DNA of 64,000 nt from Thermodesulfobacteriota bacterium (GCA_965223335.1 OZ244991.1:2496001-2560000), one strand, 5' to 3'. Shown: positions 17,938 to 28,668, counted from the stretch's first letter. The notes: generated by a model not told the origin, from the letters alone. Numbers and translations are program-made.

Positions 17938-19824
17938 ATGAAACTTTCCAAAACATCATTCCCAAGTTTTTTAATTGCTTTACTGCTAGTTACAGGCTTA
18001 AGTCTCATCAGTTGTAAAAGCGGAGACGAAAAATCAATACTCAGTGAACCCGCTTCATCTGCCGAGACTCAGAAAACCGATACTAAACCAACGGATAAGA
18101 CAGCGTCTGTATCCGAAACTGCCGAGACGATTTATACCAATGCCAAAGTATATACTGTAAACGACAAACAGCCGTGGGCAGAGGCTTTCGCTGTAAAAAA
18201 TGGGAAATTCTTGGTCGTTGGTTCTAACGCTGAGGTCGAAGCTGTAAAAGGTGACAGCACCAACGTCATAAATCTCGAGGGCCGTATGGTGCTCCCTGGT
18301 TTGATAGATGTACACGTTCACCCATTGGGTGTAGCAGAGGGTTGGGCAGGTTTAAGAATTAACGAACCGAACGATATTGATGCAATGTTGGCTCAGATAA
18401 AGGAATATGCATCAGCAAACCCTGATTTGCCAGTTATCCGCGGAGAGGCCTGGAACTTAAATGTTTTCCCCAATGATAGCCCTAGAAAAGAGCTCTTGGA
18501 CGAAATTGTTCCGGACAAACCTGTGTATATGATGAGTCAAACCGGGCATTCTGCATGGGTCAATTCAAAAGCCCTAGAGTTGGCCGGCATTACAAAAAAC
18601 ACCCCGGTCACAGAAAAATTTATATACGACAAAGACCCCGAGACCGGCGAGCCATCCGGTACAGTCCGTGAATTTGCTATGGGAGCTGTCGAACAAAAAA
18701 TATCACGAGCAGCTCCTGATGTATATGCACCTCAACTCAAAAAAGTCCTCTCAGAATTTAATCAGTTTGGCTTCACAAGCCTAAAACCTGCAGAGGGTGC
18801 CAAGACATGGGTAGAGGGTGCAATGTATTTGGATAAAAACACCGGCCTCACTGTAAGGTTATTCCCGGCATGGGACTGGCAAACGAGCCATTACCTGAGC
18901 ACTACTACAGAAGAAGTTGAGAAGCTCATCGCAAACTGGGAACAGTACAGCACAGATATGCTCTATCCACGCTATGTAAAAATATTTTATGACGGCGCCC
19001 CCGACAGCTATACAGCACTACTTCTAGAAGACTACGAAGGCAGACCAGGTTTCAAGGGGGCATCTAACCTGCCTAAAGACGAGATGAAGAAACATATCAA
19101 GCGGTTCAACAAAAACGGTATTGGTGTGCTTACCCATGTTTTGGGAGACGGAGGAGGGAAAGAATTGGCCGATATATACATAGAGGTACGCAAGGAGAAT
19201 GGAGACAACGGCACCCCACTGCAGTTCTCACACGCTTGGCTCGCACGCCCCGAGGATATAAAACGATTGGCCGGGCTTAAGGATACATGCATAGATTTCT
19301 CACCGGTATTGGCATATCCGGCACCTGAGATCGAGGGCAGTATGGCACCCCCTATCGGTGACAAGCGCTATCAAACATTTTTTAATGCACGGTCAGCGTT
19401 TGAAGCCGGGGTACCCGTGGGGTTCGGCAGCGATTGGGCAAGCGCCCTTATACCCGATCCAAATGGCTTTCATCAAATGCAGTCCTGGATCACCAGGCAA
19501 GATCCCGAGAATCCCAAGAGCGGGACTCTCAATAAAGACCAAGCGATCACACTCGAACAGGCAATACAAGGGTTCACAATTGGCGGTGCTCAATGCATCG
19601 GTTTCGGATGGGACGAGAAAATCGGTTCTATCGAGGACGGTAAACTCGCGGACTTTATTGTGTTAGATAAAAATATTTTCGATATCCCTATAAACGAACT
19701 CTACAAAACCAAAGTGCTTATGACGGTAGTGAATGGTAATCTTGTTTACGATCGTGACCGTGATAAAGAAATAGATAGTATAGACGAAGAAGAGTTCAAA
19801 CCCGGCACTAGGTATACAGATTGA
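17938..19824 (+). CDS. Amidohydrolase 3 (YtcJ-like) lipoprotein
   Basis: Lipobox LISC; 'PGLIDVHVH', 'KIFYDG', 'HVLGD', 'GSDW', 'GKLADFIVLD'. Confidence 0.9.
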   Translation: MKLSKTSFPSFLIALLLVTGLSLISCKSGDEKSILSEPASSAETQKTDTKPTDKTASVSETAETIYTNAKVYTVNDKQPWAEAFAVKNGKFLVVGSNAEVEAVKGDSTNVINLEGRMVLPGLIDVHVHPLGVAEGWAGLRINEPNDIDAMLAQIKEYASANPDLPVIRGEAWNLNVFPNDSPRKELLDEIVPDKPVYMMSQTGHSAWVNSKALELAGITKNTPVTEKFIYDKDPETGEPSGTVREFAMGAVEQKISRAAPDVYAPQLKKVLSEFNQFGFTSLKPAEGAKTWVEGAMYLDKNTGLTVRLFPAWDWQTSHYLSTTTEEVEKLIANWEQYSTDMLYPRYVKIFYDGAPDSYTALLLEDYEGRPGFKGASNLPKDEMKKHIKRFNKNGIGVLTHVLGDGGGKELADIYIEVRKENGDNGTPLQFSHAWLARPEDIKRLAGLKDTCIDFSPVLAYPAPEIEGSMAPPIGDKRYQTFFNARSAFEAGVPVGFGSDWASALIPDPNGFHQMQSWITRQDPENPKSGTLNKDQAITLEQAIQGFTIGGAQCIGFGWDEKIGSIEDGKLADFIVLDKNIFDIPINELYKTKVLMTVVNGNLVYDRDRDKEIDSIDEEEFKPGTRYTD

Positions 19825-19887
19825 GACACACTCAAGAGTGACCTGAGAGCTATCGGTTCCTGACAATATCAAGTCCGGCGGACGGAT

Positions 19888-21132
19888 TCATGGTGCAACG
19901 ATCTCCTCTTCCACAATGACATAGACTTTGCCGTCGAGGCCGCTTATGTATAGTTCGCCCTGCTCGTCGAGCCCGAATGACGAAATCAGGAAGCTGTCAC
20001 CACTCGATATTTTCAATAGCTCCTCGTTGCTGTTTACGGATACTCCGTCGTATACTAGCGCCCATATGCGTCCCGATATAAAATCCCCGTATATGTACTT
20101 ACCCACTAGGTTGGTAAGCAACTGTCCCCTGTACACATAGCCCCCGATGATGGTCTTGCCCTGCCCCCTGCCGTATTCCCATATCGGCAGCACAAGCCCC
20201 GTGGTGTCACAGCCCATGGATGGACTAAAACACATTGTGCCCTCCATTATGGGCCAGCCATAGTTCTCGCCACTCACTACAATGTCTATCTCCTCGATCG
20301 AGTCCTGCCCCACGTCCCCGGTCCATATAAGCCCTGTCACAGGATCGATACTCAACCGCCACGGGTTACGGAACCCATATGCAAATATCTCTTCACGCAC
20401 CCCCAACTGGTTATTTACAAACGGGTTTGCAGGCGGAATACCATAGTTCATGTTGCCCTGAGGGTTGTTTACATCAATGCGCGAGACCTTACCCAACAGG
20501 TTGGTCAAATTCTGGCTCTCTATTGATACACCACCCATAGGGCCTCCGTCCCCAAGCGCAATATAGAGCAAACCGTCAGAGGGTCCAAACACAAGCTGGC
20601 CCCCGTTATGAAACACATGGGGCTGCGACTGCTCGAGTATCACAAGTTCCGAGTCGGGGTCTATTTTATTGGGGTCAGTCCCGCTCACAGTAAACCGTGA
20701 TATCACTGTCCTAAGCGGTATGGATGCAACATAGTTAACGTATATATAGCCGTTATTCTCGTAATTGGGGTGAAAGGCAAGTCCCAGCAGCCCGCTCTCT
20801 ATCCCATCGAACATTACACGGTCCTGAATATCGAGGAACACACCGGCCTCGGACACAAAGTTGACTCGTGTATTAGAGTTTACTACAGGTGTGTTGTCTA
20901 TGACCTTGACCACACCCTTTTGCTCCACCACAAAGAGCCTGTTTGTACCGTCCCCGGCGTTCTCAATGCCCACAGGCCTATCAAAGCTCAGGTTGGGAAA
21001 CTGGTTCTCAAGCGAATAAACGAACTCAGTGACCGGCACACCCGTATCATTATTATCGCTGCTAGAACCGCAGGAAAACGCAAAAAATGATATCAGCAGT
21101 ATTATAAGAGATAGCTTTGTAGTTCTACGCAT
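19888..21132 (-). CDS. PQQ-dependent sugar dehydrogenase (GSDH family) lipoprotein
   Basis: Lipobox AFSC; 'GLLGLAFHP', 'HNGGQL.FG', 'AYGFRNPWR', 'GDVGQ..IEE', 'NYGWP'. Confidence 0.9.
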   Translation of the reverse strand: MRRTTKLSLIILLISFFAFSCGSSSDNNDTGVPVTEFVYSLENQFPNLSFDRPVGIENAGDGTNRLFVVEQKGVVKVIDNTPVVNSNTRVNFVSEAGVFLDIQDRVMFDGIESGLLGLAFHPNYENNGYIYVNYVASIPLRTVISRFTVSGTDPNKIDPDSELVILEQSQPHVFHNGGQLVFGPSDGLLYIALGDGGPMGGVSIESQNLTNLLGKVSRIDVNNPQGNMNYGIPPANPFVNNQLGVREEIFAYGFRNPWRLSIDPVTGLIWTGDVGQDSIEEIDIVVSGENYGWPIMEGTMCFSPSMGCDTTGLVLPIWEYGRGQGKTIIGGYVYRGQLLTNLVGKYIYGDFISGRIWALVYDGVSVNSNEELLKISSGDSFLISSFGLDEQGELYISGLDGKVYVIVEEEIVAP

Positions 21133-21370
21133 ATATACCCTCAGTTAATAGTTTATTATTTTTATAATACTCTTCTCTGCCATACTAACATTTAATGCAA
21201 ACTGTTCCAATATACCTCGTTTTCTTACATATATGTACAACTTACCTCGCTTGGATCGGTTAAACGCTACGCTAACTACAAATTATAACGAGCAAATTAT
21301 GATGTGATACGTGCTTCTTACATCTAGATTGCAATAATTTTCACACAATCTAAATATTATCTTGAATCCT

Positions 21371-21392
21371 TTTAGTTGCACATGCAACTAAA
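21371..21392. promoter_or_regulatory. Copy of the MarR-type palindrome
   Basis: TTTAGTTGCACATGCAACTAAA; the core differs by 1 base from 12575-12592. Confidence 0.7.
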
Positions 21393-21426
21393 CTAATACA
21401 AAACAAATTTGGGGAGGTAGTTAGAT

Positions 21427-21711
21427 ATGAAAGGTTTAATTCTCAGTTCAATTTTTGCTTTCGCCACCACGTTACCGTTTGCAGCTTACGCAGACTCAAA
21501 TATTTTTGGGGTGCAGGCTCCCGCCCAAGAGATAGGAATTAGTAGTCAGGTGAACAAAGCCTCACACGTTGCCACAAGCCCTGGCGACTCACTCGTGCCA
21601 CAGAGGCTTGGTTCCGAGGGCACACCGTCTGAGCGCTACATACCTAGCACAGTAGGCGACAACACATTTATCGTCCAGAAACTCAGCACTGACAACTACA
21701 GGGCAAATTAG
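21427..21711 (+). CDS. Small secreted hypothetical protein
   Basis: SD ggaggt, signal peptide ending AYA, terminator downstream. Confidence 0.7.
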   Translation: MKGLILSSIFAFATTLPFAAYADSNIFGVQAPAQEIGISSQVNKASHVATSPGDSLVPQRLGSEGTPSERYIPSTVGDNTFIVQKLSTDNYRAN

Positions 21712-21778
21712 TTTTTAATTATCATCATTGGAATCATCCGTGATAGATCCCTATTACCCAACCCTCACTAGACGTTTT

Positions 21779-21813
21779 AGACCCGGCGGTTTCCTCCCCG
21801 CCGGGTCTTTTTT
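21779..21813 (+). terminator. Rho-independent terminator between convergent genes
   Basis: agacccggcgg-loop-ccgccgggtct followed by a T tract. Confidence 0.85.
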
Positions 21814-21830
21814 ACAAGCAGTGCTAAAGG

Positions 21831-23372
21831 TTATTCCGAGGCGGTATTATCTCTCTCCTGCCGCCCGGAGCCCATCATAAATAGTGCTACGAAAAACGCT
21901 ACGACCACTATTGCACCTGCAAAGTAGTATCCCGCAGCTATGCTGTTTGTGGTACTTAGGTGAAGGTCTTCTACGAGTCCGGGCCATTTAGTCGACAGCT
22001 CGGCGAGTGCCGCCGTATTACCCTCATCCGCCAGCCGTAACACCTGATTATAGCTCTCGGCATCTACGCTGCTTGCGTACTTATCCGCGATACGACTCCT
22101 GCCCATTACCTCTAGCGTGGCTATGAGCCCACCGATCGCCGCAAGCCCTATCGTCCCGCCCATCTGCCTTATAGTCTGCACCACACCCGACGCCTGCCCC
22201 CGCTTATCATCGGGAGCACGGTTAAGCGAATCCGTCACCGTGGGCACCATCACAATCCCCACACCTATACCCAAGATCACCATCCCCGGCATAATCCACA
22301 TATAGCTGTACTTGGCTAAAAACGGGGCCTGCAGAAAAAACCCCGCGGCCATAAGTGCCGTACCCACGAGTGCAGGCACCCTTATCCCCACACGGTCAAA
22401 CAGATAACCCGACATCTGCGAGAATATGACGACTGCCACTATTATGGGCATAAGCGCAAACCCCGCCTTAAGCGGCCCGAACCCGAGCACATCCTGCAGG
22501 TATATGGCACCAAACAGCACTATGCTTATAAGTGCAAACTGGATGCAGAAAAGCAGTATGGTGTCGGCAGTGAACTCGGGGATCTTAAATAGCCCGACCT
22601 CGATAAGTGGATTCTGCACTCGTGATTGAAAATAGGTAAATACTGCAAGTAGCAATAGTCCGCCTGTGATTGCACCGATTGTATAGATCGATACCCACCC
22701 AAGGACACTGCCCTGTTGCAAACCGAACACAAGCGCTACCAGCCCCACCACAAGCATCATCACATACCTCACACGGATTATCTGGTGCGACATGTTGTTC
22801 TCGTCTGGTTTAGAAATAAGTGTGAGTATGACGGCTGCTAATCCAATCGGCAGGTTTATCCAAAACACCCAGCGCCACGATAGATACTGAGTGAGGAACC
22901 CTCCCAGTAGCGGGCCTATAGCCAAAAACGCATGCCCCACCCCTGCATACACAGCCATGGCCTTGCCTCGCTCGTAAATATCGAACGACCCTATCACTAT
23001 CGAGGCCGCTGCGGGCACCATGAGTGCCGCACCCAGCCCCTTAAGCGCCCTGGCCCCTATCATAAAGTAGATGTCGGGGGCAATCCCGCAGAGTGCTGAG
23101 GCTACTGCAAAAACCACTATCCCCGCTATAAATGCCTTCACCCTGCCGTAGATGTCCCCAAGCCTGCCACCAAGCGCCACGGTCGCCGCAAGCGCCAGGA
23201 TATAGGCGTTTATAATCCACTGTAGCTCGGTCTCGGTGGCGCCCAGGTCCTTTTGTATAGTGGGCAGCGCCACGCTGACCACAGTCTGGTCGATAAGGAT
23301 CATCGAGATTGACCCGGTCATAGCGACCAGTGTGAGCCATCTGCGATTTGTGTTTTCAGTGTCTGGACTCAT
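21831..23372 (-). CDS. DHA2 (EmrB/QacA-like) MFS efflux transporter
   Basis: 'DQTVVSVALPTI', 'GRLGDIYGR', 'GPLLGGFL...WRWVFWINLPIG'; about 14 TM segments. Confidence 0.92.
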   Translation of the reverse strand: MSPDTENTNRRWLTLVAMTGSISMILIDQTVVSVALPTIQKDLGATETELQWIINAYILALAATVALGGRLGDIYGRVKAFIAGIVVFAVASALCGIAPDIYFMIGARALKGLGAALMVPAAASIVIGSFDIYERGKAMAVYAGVGHAFLAIGPLLGGFLTQYLSWRWVFWINLPIGLAAVILTLISKPDENNMSHQIIRVRYVMMLVVGLVALVFGLQQGSVLGWVSIYTIGAITGGLLLLAVFTYFQSRVQNPLIEVGLFKIPEFTADTILLFCIQFALISIVLFGAIYLQDVLGFGPLKAGFALMPIIVAVVIFSQMSGYLFDRVGIRVPALVGTALMAAGFFLQAPFLAKYSYMWIMPGMVILGIGVGIVMVPTVTDSLNRAPDDKRGQASGVVQTIRQMGGTIGLAAIGGLIATLEVMGRSRIADKYASSVDAESYNQVLRLADEGNTAALAELSTKWPGLVEDLHLSTTNSIAAGYYFAGAIVVVAFFVALFMMGSGRQERDNTASE

Positions 23373-23646
23373 AGATCGAATCTGTATGCAACCGGTTTTA
23401 CTATGTTCGGTACTTAAAAAATAGACGCTCTGGATCGTAAATTGCTAAGATCGCGGCTTAGATTTATCGGATCATACAACCGCTAAAGTATATACAGTTT
23501 TTTGGGTTGTGCAGAATCCGCGCCTGGCCCCTGACTGCCCGAGCTATTTTGCACTAGAAACAATAGACCGCAGGGTTTCACGGGTCTCAATCGTATAAAC
23601 ATATAAACTCGGCTGCAAACGCCGTAAATCAATAGGAGGTAGTACA

Positions 23647-24102
23647 GTGAAGAAATTTATTAAACGCGCATCATTATTGGGACTGGGGATTGCACTTTTG
23701 GGCACCATCGTTGCGTTCACAAGCCCATTTGCATTGGCCAAAGAGGGCTGCGGGTATAAAGGTCATGGGCACGGTAAAATGGACGCCCTTTTGGAGCTCC
23801 CGGCCGACAAACAGACACTAGTGCTCTCTACAATGAAGCAGGTAAAAGAGCAGAATAAAGCGCTTAAAGAAGAGATAAAAACCACCAAAGAAGCGCTAAC
23901 AGCCGCACTAACAGCCCCTGAGTTCGATGAAAAGGCCTACACGGAAAACGCCAACAAACTACAGGCCCTTATGAACCAGAAATTCGCAACAATGACCGAC
24001 GCCGTTCGCAGCATAGCCCCCGAGTTTACACAGCAAGAGCGCGAGATACTGGCCAAGATGCTCCCCAAAGGACCAAAAGGACCGCGCGGCGGATGCCGAT
24101 AA
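23647..24102 (+). CDS. Spy/CpxP-like periplasmic ('heavy-metal sensor' family) protein
   Basis: Signal peptide, His/Gly-rich linker, 'LTAPEFDE', 'FTQQER'; SD aggagg before a GTG start. Confidence 0.75.
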   Translation: MKKFIKRASLLGLGIALLGTIVAFTSPFALAKEGCGYKGHGHGKMDALLELPADKQTLVLSTMKQVKEQNKALKEEIKTTKEALTAALTAPEFDEKAYTENANKLQALMNQKFATMTDAVRSIAPEFTQQEREILAKMLPKGPKGPRGGCR

Positions 24103-24103
24103 C

Positions 24104-24781
24104 ATGTATTATATTCTAGACGAGCAGGCCCCCTATCCAGCATCGAGGGTCTGCTCGGGTCTTATCACCACTATTTGGGAAAAGGCATTGCCCGCTGGTT
24201 TTTATCCAATGGCCGAGCAACTCGCTACTGAAGCAAGCGACGAAGAATTATTAGAACTTATATCAACCGGTGCCGATGAGGCTTTTACGGAGATCGTCCG
24301 TCGCCACACCGAGAAATTTTATAGCATAGCGTACAGAGTGCTTGCCGATAGGAACGAAGCGGAAGACACAGTGCAGGAGGCGTTTTTGATGTTATGGGAA
24401 ACCCCACACAAATGGGACTCGCACAAAAATGCAAAGTTCACCACCTGGTTCTACAGGGTTGTTACTAACCTAAGCCTGGACAAGAAAAAAAAGCGCCGCC
24501 CCCAAGAGATCACAGAACACACCGATCTGAGGGATAGCAATCCCGACCCGGAAGCTCTCGCACTCAGCGCACAAAAAAAGGACCGGCTCGAAGCTATGAT
24601 AGATGCATTGCCGCTCGCGCAACAAACCGCACTCAACCTCACTTTTTACGAGGGCCTCACCAACCGAGAGGCCGCCCGGGTTATGGACATAAGCATAAAG
24701 GCTTTTGAGTCCCTGCTCGTACGCGCCAAACACACGCTTAGGACGAAAATAAAAAATTCGTTAAAAGAGGAGGTCGCTTGA
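24104..24781 (+). CDS. ECF sigma-70 factor (alternative start at 24209)
   Basis: 'AEDTVQEAFL', 'FTTWFYRVVTN', region 4 'LP..Q..AL.L..YEGL...E.A'. Confidence 0.92.
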   Translation: MYYILDEQAPYPASRVCSGLITTIWEKALPAGFYPMAEQLATEASDEELLELISTGADEAFTEIVRRHTEKFYSIAYRVLADRNEAEDTVQEAFLMLWETPHKWDSHKNAKFTTWFYRVVTNLSLDKKKKRRPQEITEHTDLRDSNPDPEALALSAQKKDRLEAMIDALPLAQQTALNLTFYEGLTNREAARVMDISIKAFESLLVRAKHTLRTKIKNSLKEEVA

Positions 24782-24782
24782 T

Positions 24783-25220
24783 ATGAATAAAGATCGGTTC
24801 CAAGAATGCCTCTCTTTATACGGATCCGAGATCGACAACTGGCCCGAGGACCTAAAGACCGAAGCACACACGACTCTTGCCTCCTCACCCGAGCTAAAAG
24901 CGCTCCTAGATCAGGAACGCGAGTTTGAAAATGCGCTTGGCCAGAGGGCTTTTGAGCCCCCCTCGCCCAACTTGGCAACGAGGATCGTAAACACCGCAAA
25001 GGTCACACCGAGAACTGCTAAAAGCAGCGCCTCTATTATTGACAGCATTAAAGGCTCTTTTGGAGGCATCCCGTTTCTAAGCCCCGCCTACGGCCTCACT
25101 CTGGTGTTGATTGTGGGGCTTATGCTCGGATATGCTTACACATCGTACACCACGGATGAGGAACCCGAATCCATCGAGATTGCCGGGCTCCTTTACTACG
25201 ACGAGGGCTACTATGAGTAA
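24783..25220 (+). CDS. Putative membrane anti-sigma factor
   Basis: Directly follows the ECF gene; 'F...L..YGS....WP' N-terminus; one TM helix. Confidence 0.7.
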   Translation: MNKDRFQECLSLYGSEIDNWPEDLKTEAHTTLASSPELKALLDQEREFENALGQRAFEPPSPNLATRIVNTAKVTPRTAKSSASIIDSIKGSFGGIPFLSPAYGLTLVLIVGLMLGYAYTSYTTDEEPESIEIAGLLYYDEGYYE

Positions 25221-25695
25221 AACACTAAAGATCATCCTCGTACTCTCGATACTGCTCAACGTGCTGTTTGCGGGAGTAATCATAGGGCATGTATCCACCA
25301 AGGCCTATAAATACGGGGGCCGCCACCACGGGTTTTGGAAGGCCATGGCGGGGCTGCCCGAGGACAAAAAAGAGCTGCTAAAAGACAAGATGCAGGAGAT
25401 GCGCAGGGAAGGCAAAGCTACCAGAAAGGCTATACACGATAAACGAGCCGAGCTCATAGGAGTGCTCACAGCACCCGAGTTCGACGAGACGCTCTTTGAC
25501 CAAAAGGTAGAGGAGCTCCACGAGATTCACGGACAGATGGCCAAGAACCTGGCCGAGGCCACAAAAGAGCTGGCCAAGAAATTCAATCAGGAAGAACGAA
25601 AAGCACTCGGTGTGCTTTTAAAACGGCACCCAAAACACAGGGGCCACTGGAAATACAAGGACCCTCCCCCGGGTGATTTGCCTGAACGAGACTAA
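25213..25695 (+). CDS. Second Spy/CpxP-like periplasmic sensor protein
   Basis: 'SILLNVLFAGVIIG', 'LTAPEFDE', 'FNQEER'; paralog of 23647-24102. Confidence 0.8.
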   Translation: MSKTLKIILVLSILLNVLFAGVIIGHVSTKAYKYGGRHHGFWKAMAGLPEDKKELLKDKMQEMRREGKATRKAIHDKRAELIGVLTAPEFDETLFDQKVEELHEIHGQMAKNLAEATKELAKKFNQEERKALGVLLKRHPKHRGHWKYKDPPPGDLPERD

Positions 25696-25699
25696 TAAT

Positions 25700-26167
25700 A
25701 TGACCGACAACACCGACCATCCGAATGTCATTGCACTACCCCCGCTCATATTCATTATCTTCCTTTTATTAGGCGTAATAATTCAGACTATTTACCCCGT
25801 ACATATCCTCCCACCCCATATCACTACTCCCCTGGCCATAAATCTGCTAGTGTGGTCTGTGCTCATCGGTGCTGGGGGGTTTTATGCCTTGCGCAAAGCT
25901 AAGACAAACGTAAATGTTAGAAAACCCACAACATCCATCGTCACTACAGGAGTTTTCAATTTCACCAGGAACCCGCTCTACCTATCTCTTGTCCTACTTA
26001 TGCTTACACTCGGAGCATTAGCAAACTCACTTTGGATAATTGTACTCACCGTACCCTTCATAGTGGTATTGACCAAAGGGGTTATAGAGCGCGAGGAAGA
26101 GTATCTAGAGCACAAATTCAGAGACGAATACACAAGCTATAAGTCGAGGGTAAGGCGCTGGATATAA
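25700..26167 (+). CDS. Isoprenylcysteine carboxylmethyltransferase (ICMT/PEMT) family membrane protein
   Basis: 'G.F.FTRNPLY', 'EE.YL..KF..EY..YK.RVRRWI'. Confidence 0.88.
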   Translation: MTDNTDHPNVIALPPLIFIIFLLLGVIIQTIYPVHILPPHITTPLAINLLVWSVLIGAGGFYALRKAKTNVNVRKPTTSIVTTGVFNFTRNPLYLSLVLLMLTLGALANSLWIIVLTVPFIVVLTKGVIEREEEYLEHKFRDEYTSYKSRVRRWI

Positions 26168-26244
26168 TAGCAGCCATTTATGGTATATATCCCATACAAT
26201 ACCAAGCCCCGCCATACAACCCGCAAGATTAAGCGCCCCCCCTA

Positions 26245-26427
26245 TTAATCCCGCTTTTTCAGGTGGTAGATCTCACCCGTTGCGGCAAACGCAAATATTT
26301 TTACAGTGTCGTCGTGAAGGTCGCGTTTAGGTATCTCTTCTCGGGTCTTGTAGAGGTAGGTGCCGCTCTGGGCTATTACAGCGAAATGCGTGATCTCGAT
26401 ATCGTCCAACAGATCCTTAACGGTCAC
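26245..26427 (-). CDS. Small hypothetical protein
   Basis: 60-aa ORF filling the gap downstream of the acyl-CoA dehydrogenase. Confidence 0.4.
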   Translation of the reverse strand: MTVKDLLDDIEITHFAVIAQSGTYLYKTREEIPKRDLHDDTVKIFAFAATGEIYHLKKRD

Positions 26428-26491
26428 ATTGATATTATCTCATATTTCAGTTGGGATCGTTAGGGGGTATGGGAATTTGTGTTCTGGGGGG

Positions 26492-27640
26492 TCAGCTAAA
26501 CTCTTTTAGCAGCTGCGCGGCAGTAATCAACCTTTGGATCTCTGATGTGCCTTCATAGATCTCTGTGATCTTGGCGTCTCTAAAATACCTTTCCACGGGG
26601 TAGTCGACCGTATAGCCGTAGCCGCCGTGGATCTGGATGGCCTTTGTGGCGACCCACATAGCAGTTTCCGAAGCATAAAGCTTTGCCATGGACGACTGTT
26701 TTATGAAATTCTCGCCCCGGTCCTTCATAAGCGCTGCCTGCCACACCAATAGCCTCGAAGCCTCGGTCCTTGTAGCCATATCGGCAAGCATAAACTGTAT
26801 GGCCTGGAGTTGGGAGATCGGTTTACCGAAAGCAGTGCGCTCCTTGGCATAGGCCACAGAGTCCTCAAGTGCCGCCCTCGCTATACCCACAGCCAGCGCC
26901 CCTACACTGATGCGCCCGCTGTCAAGCGTGTCCATAGCGATCTTAAACCCGTCGCCCTCCTGCCCAAGCATAGCCGACCGGGGCACCCTGCATTCCTCGA
27001 ATATGATCTGCGAGGTAGACGATGCCTTTATACCCAGCTTCTCCTCGATCTTCCCCACCACTACACCCGGGGTCTCCTTATCCACCAAAAACGATGTAAT
27101 CCCTTTATGCTTCTTTGACGGGTCAGTGTATGTGAATACTAGTACCACATTCGCTTCGGGGCCGTTGGTAATCCAGTTTTTAGTACCGTTTATAACGTAG
27201 TGGTCTCCGTCTTTGTTAGCCCTGGTTTTTATACCCCTTGCATCAGAGCCGGCATCGGGCTCACTGAGGGCAAAACAACCCACCTCTCCCGTAGCCATTG
27301 GGGGTAGGTACTTTGATTTCTGCTCCTCGGTCCCGAATTTAACTATAGGGTCTGAGACCAGGGAGTTATTAGCAGCCATTATAGTGGCTGTAGAAGCACA
27401 TGCCCTCGAGATCTCTTCCATTACAAGCTCGTAGCTGAAGGTATCGAGACCGCTTCCGTCGTATTCTACGGGCACACAAATAGACATAAAGCCCAGTTCC
27501 GCCATCTTGCGCACAATATCCTTTGGATAGATATCGTTGCGCTCATTGTGGGATGCTACAGGCATAATCTCTTTCTCGGCAAAGTCCTTTGCCAGCTGCC
27601 TTATCATCCTCTGCTCATCCGTAAGTTCAATTATGCTCAA
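26492..27640 (-). CDS. Acyl-CoA dehydrogenase (short-chain/butyryl-CoA type)
   Basis: '[11 protein letters not shown]', '[10 protein letters not shown]', 'QIHGGYGY', '[10 protein letters not shown]'. Confidence 0.95.
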   Translation of the reverse strand: MSIIELTDEQRMIRQLAKDFAEKEIMPVASHNERNDIYPKDIVRKMAELGFMSICVPVEYDGSGLDTFSYELVMEEISRACASTATIMAANNSLVSDPIVKFGTEEQKSKYLPPMATGEVGCFALSEPDAGSDARGIKTRANKDGDHYVINGTKNWITNGPEANVVLVFTYTDPSKKHKGITSFLVDKETPGVVVGKIEEKLGIKASSTSQIIFEECRVPRSAMLGQEGDGFKIAMDTLDSGRISVGALAVGIARAALEDSVAYAKERTAFGKPISQLQAIQFMLADMATRTEASRLLVWQAALMKDRGENFIKQSSMAKLYASETAMWVATKAIQIHGGYGYTVDYPVERYFRDAKITEIYEGTSEIQRLITAAQLLKEFS

Positions 27641-27746
27641 AACAGCGCCCTCTAATTCATATTACCAGTTTAGAGATCAGACACCTAATTATAGTAGGTA
27701 AAGTTATTTAAGTAATTACTCCCGCTGAAAGTCGAGAGTTGCAAGA

Positions 27747-28190
27747 TTATCCCTCTTCATACCTTACAATTAGTACCGGGCAGGGCGAAGTAAACATCAC
27801 CCTATGACTTGTGGTACCTACGGATATCTCTCCGCCGTCCCGCTTGACACCGTGCGAGCCCATCACGATAAGGTCGATCTCTTTTTCCCTGGCCACAGTG
27901 TTCACAACCCTCCAGCGGGGCCCTATCACAATCATAGAGTTTATACCCAAGCCGTTTTTCTCGAATATGGCCCTCTCGGACTCCATTCGTTCTTCCATCT
28001 GAGTTTCCAAATCCCTGTAAAAACTCTTTATCTCTTCGTCAAGCTCCTCATAGTCAAGCGGCTCGATAGCGTGGAGTACGTGGATCTTGGCGCCAAGCTC
28101 CTGACCCAGATACATAGCATGTTCGCGGACCTTAATACTCTCATTTGAAAAATCCGTCGGAAAAAGAATGTTTTTTATCTCCACTGTCAT
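27747..28190 (-). CDS. Universal stress protein
   Basis: 'ILFPTDFS', 'DLIVMGSHG', 'SPCPVLIV'. Confidence 0.93.
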   Translation of the reverse strand: MTVEIKNILFPTDFSNESIKVREHAMYLGQELGAKIHVLHAIEPLDYEELDEEIKSFYRDLETQMEERMESERAIFEKNGLGINSMIVIGPRWRVVNTVAREKEIDLIVMGSHGVKRDGGEISVGTTSHRVMFTSPCPVLIVRYEEG

Positions 28191-28202
28191 ACCTCCTATG
28201 TC

Positions 28203-28604
28203 TCAGCCATTCTTCTCATCCAGTATCGTGATCATGCCCTTAAGTATGTCTGTGGTCGTCAGGATCCCTACAAGTTCGCTGCTAGAGTTTAGTACCGGGA
28301 GCGCGTTATAACTCGCTTTACATAGTAGCCTCGCAGCATCCGCAATGTCAGTTTCATCCTTGACGGTGTCGGGGTTTTGAGTCATCACGCTCTTTACGGT
28401 AAGCGAAGTCTGGTTTAGGCTCTGCGCAAGGGCCACACGGATATCGCGGTCCGTTACTATACCCACGAGCTTCCCGACCTCCATGACCGGCGCCTGCCTT
28501 ACCCTGTGATCCGTAAGTATATTAAACGCTACTTTTATATCCTGCTCGGGGAACAGATAGATCGGGTTTTTACTCATAAACTCTTTTACCAACATCTCGA
28601 TCAT
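28203..28604 (-). CDS. CBS domain pair protein
   Basis: 'LVGIVTDRDI', 'LPV...LVGILTTTDI'. Confidence 0.92.
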   Translation of the reverse strand: MIEMLVKEFMSKNPIYLFPEQDIKVAFNILTDHRVRQAPVMEVGKLVGIVTDRDIRVALAQSLNQTSLTVKSVMTQNPDTVKDETDIADAARLLCKASYNALPVLNSSSELVGILTTTDILKGMITILDEKNG

Positions 28605-28668
28605 CTCCTGTTCTAAAAGTGTTATCTATATACTTTTATTATACCATTGCCGGGGCACCTGGTTCCAA

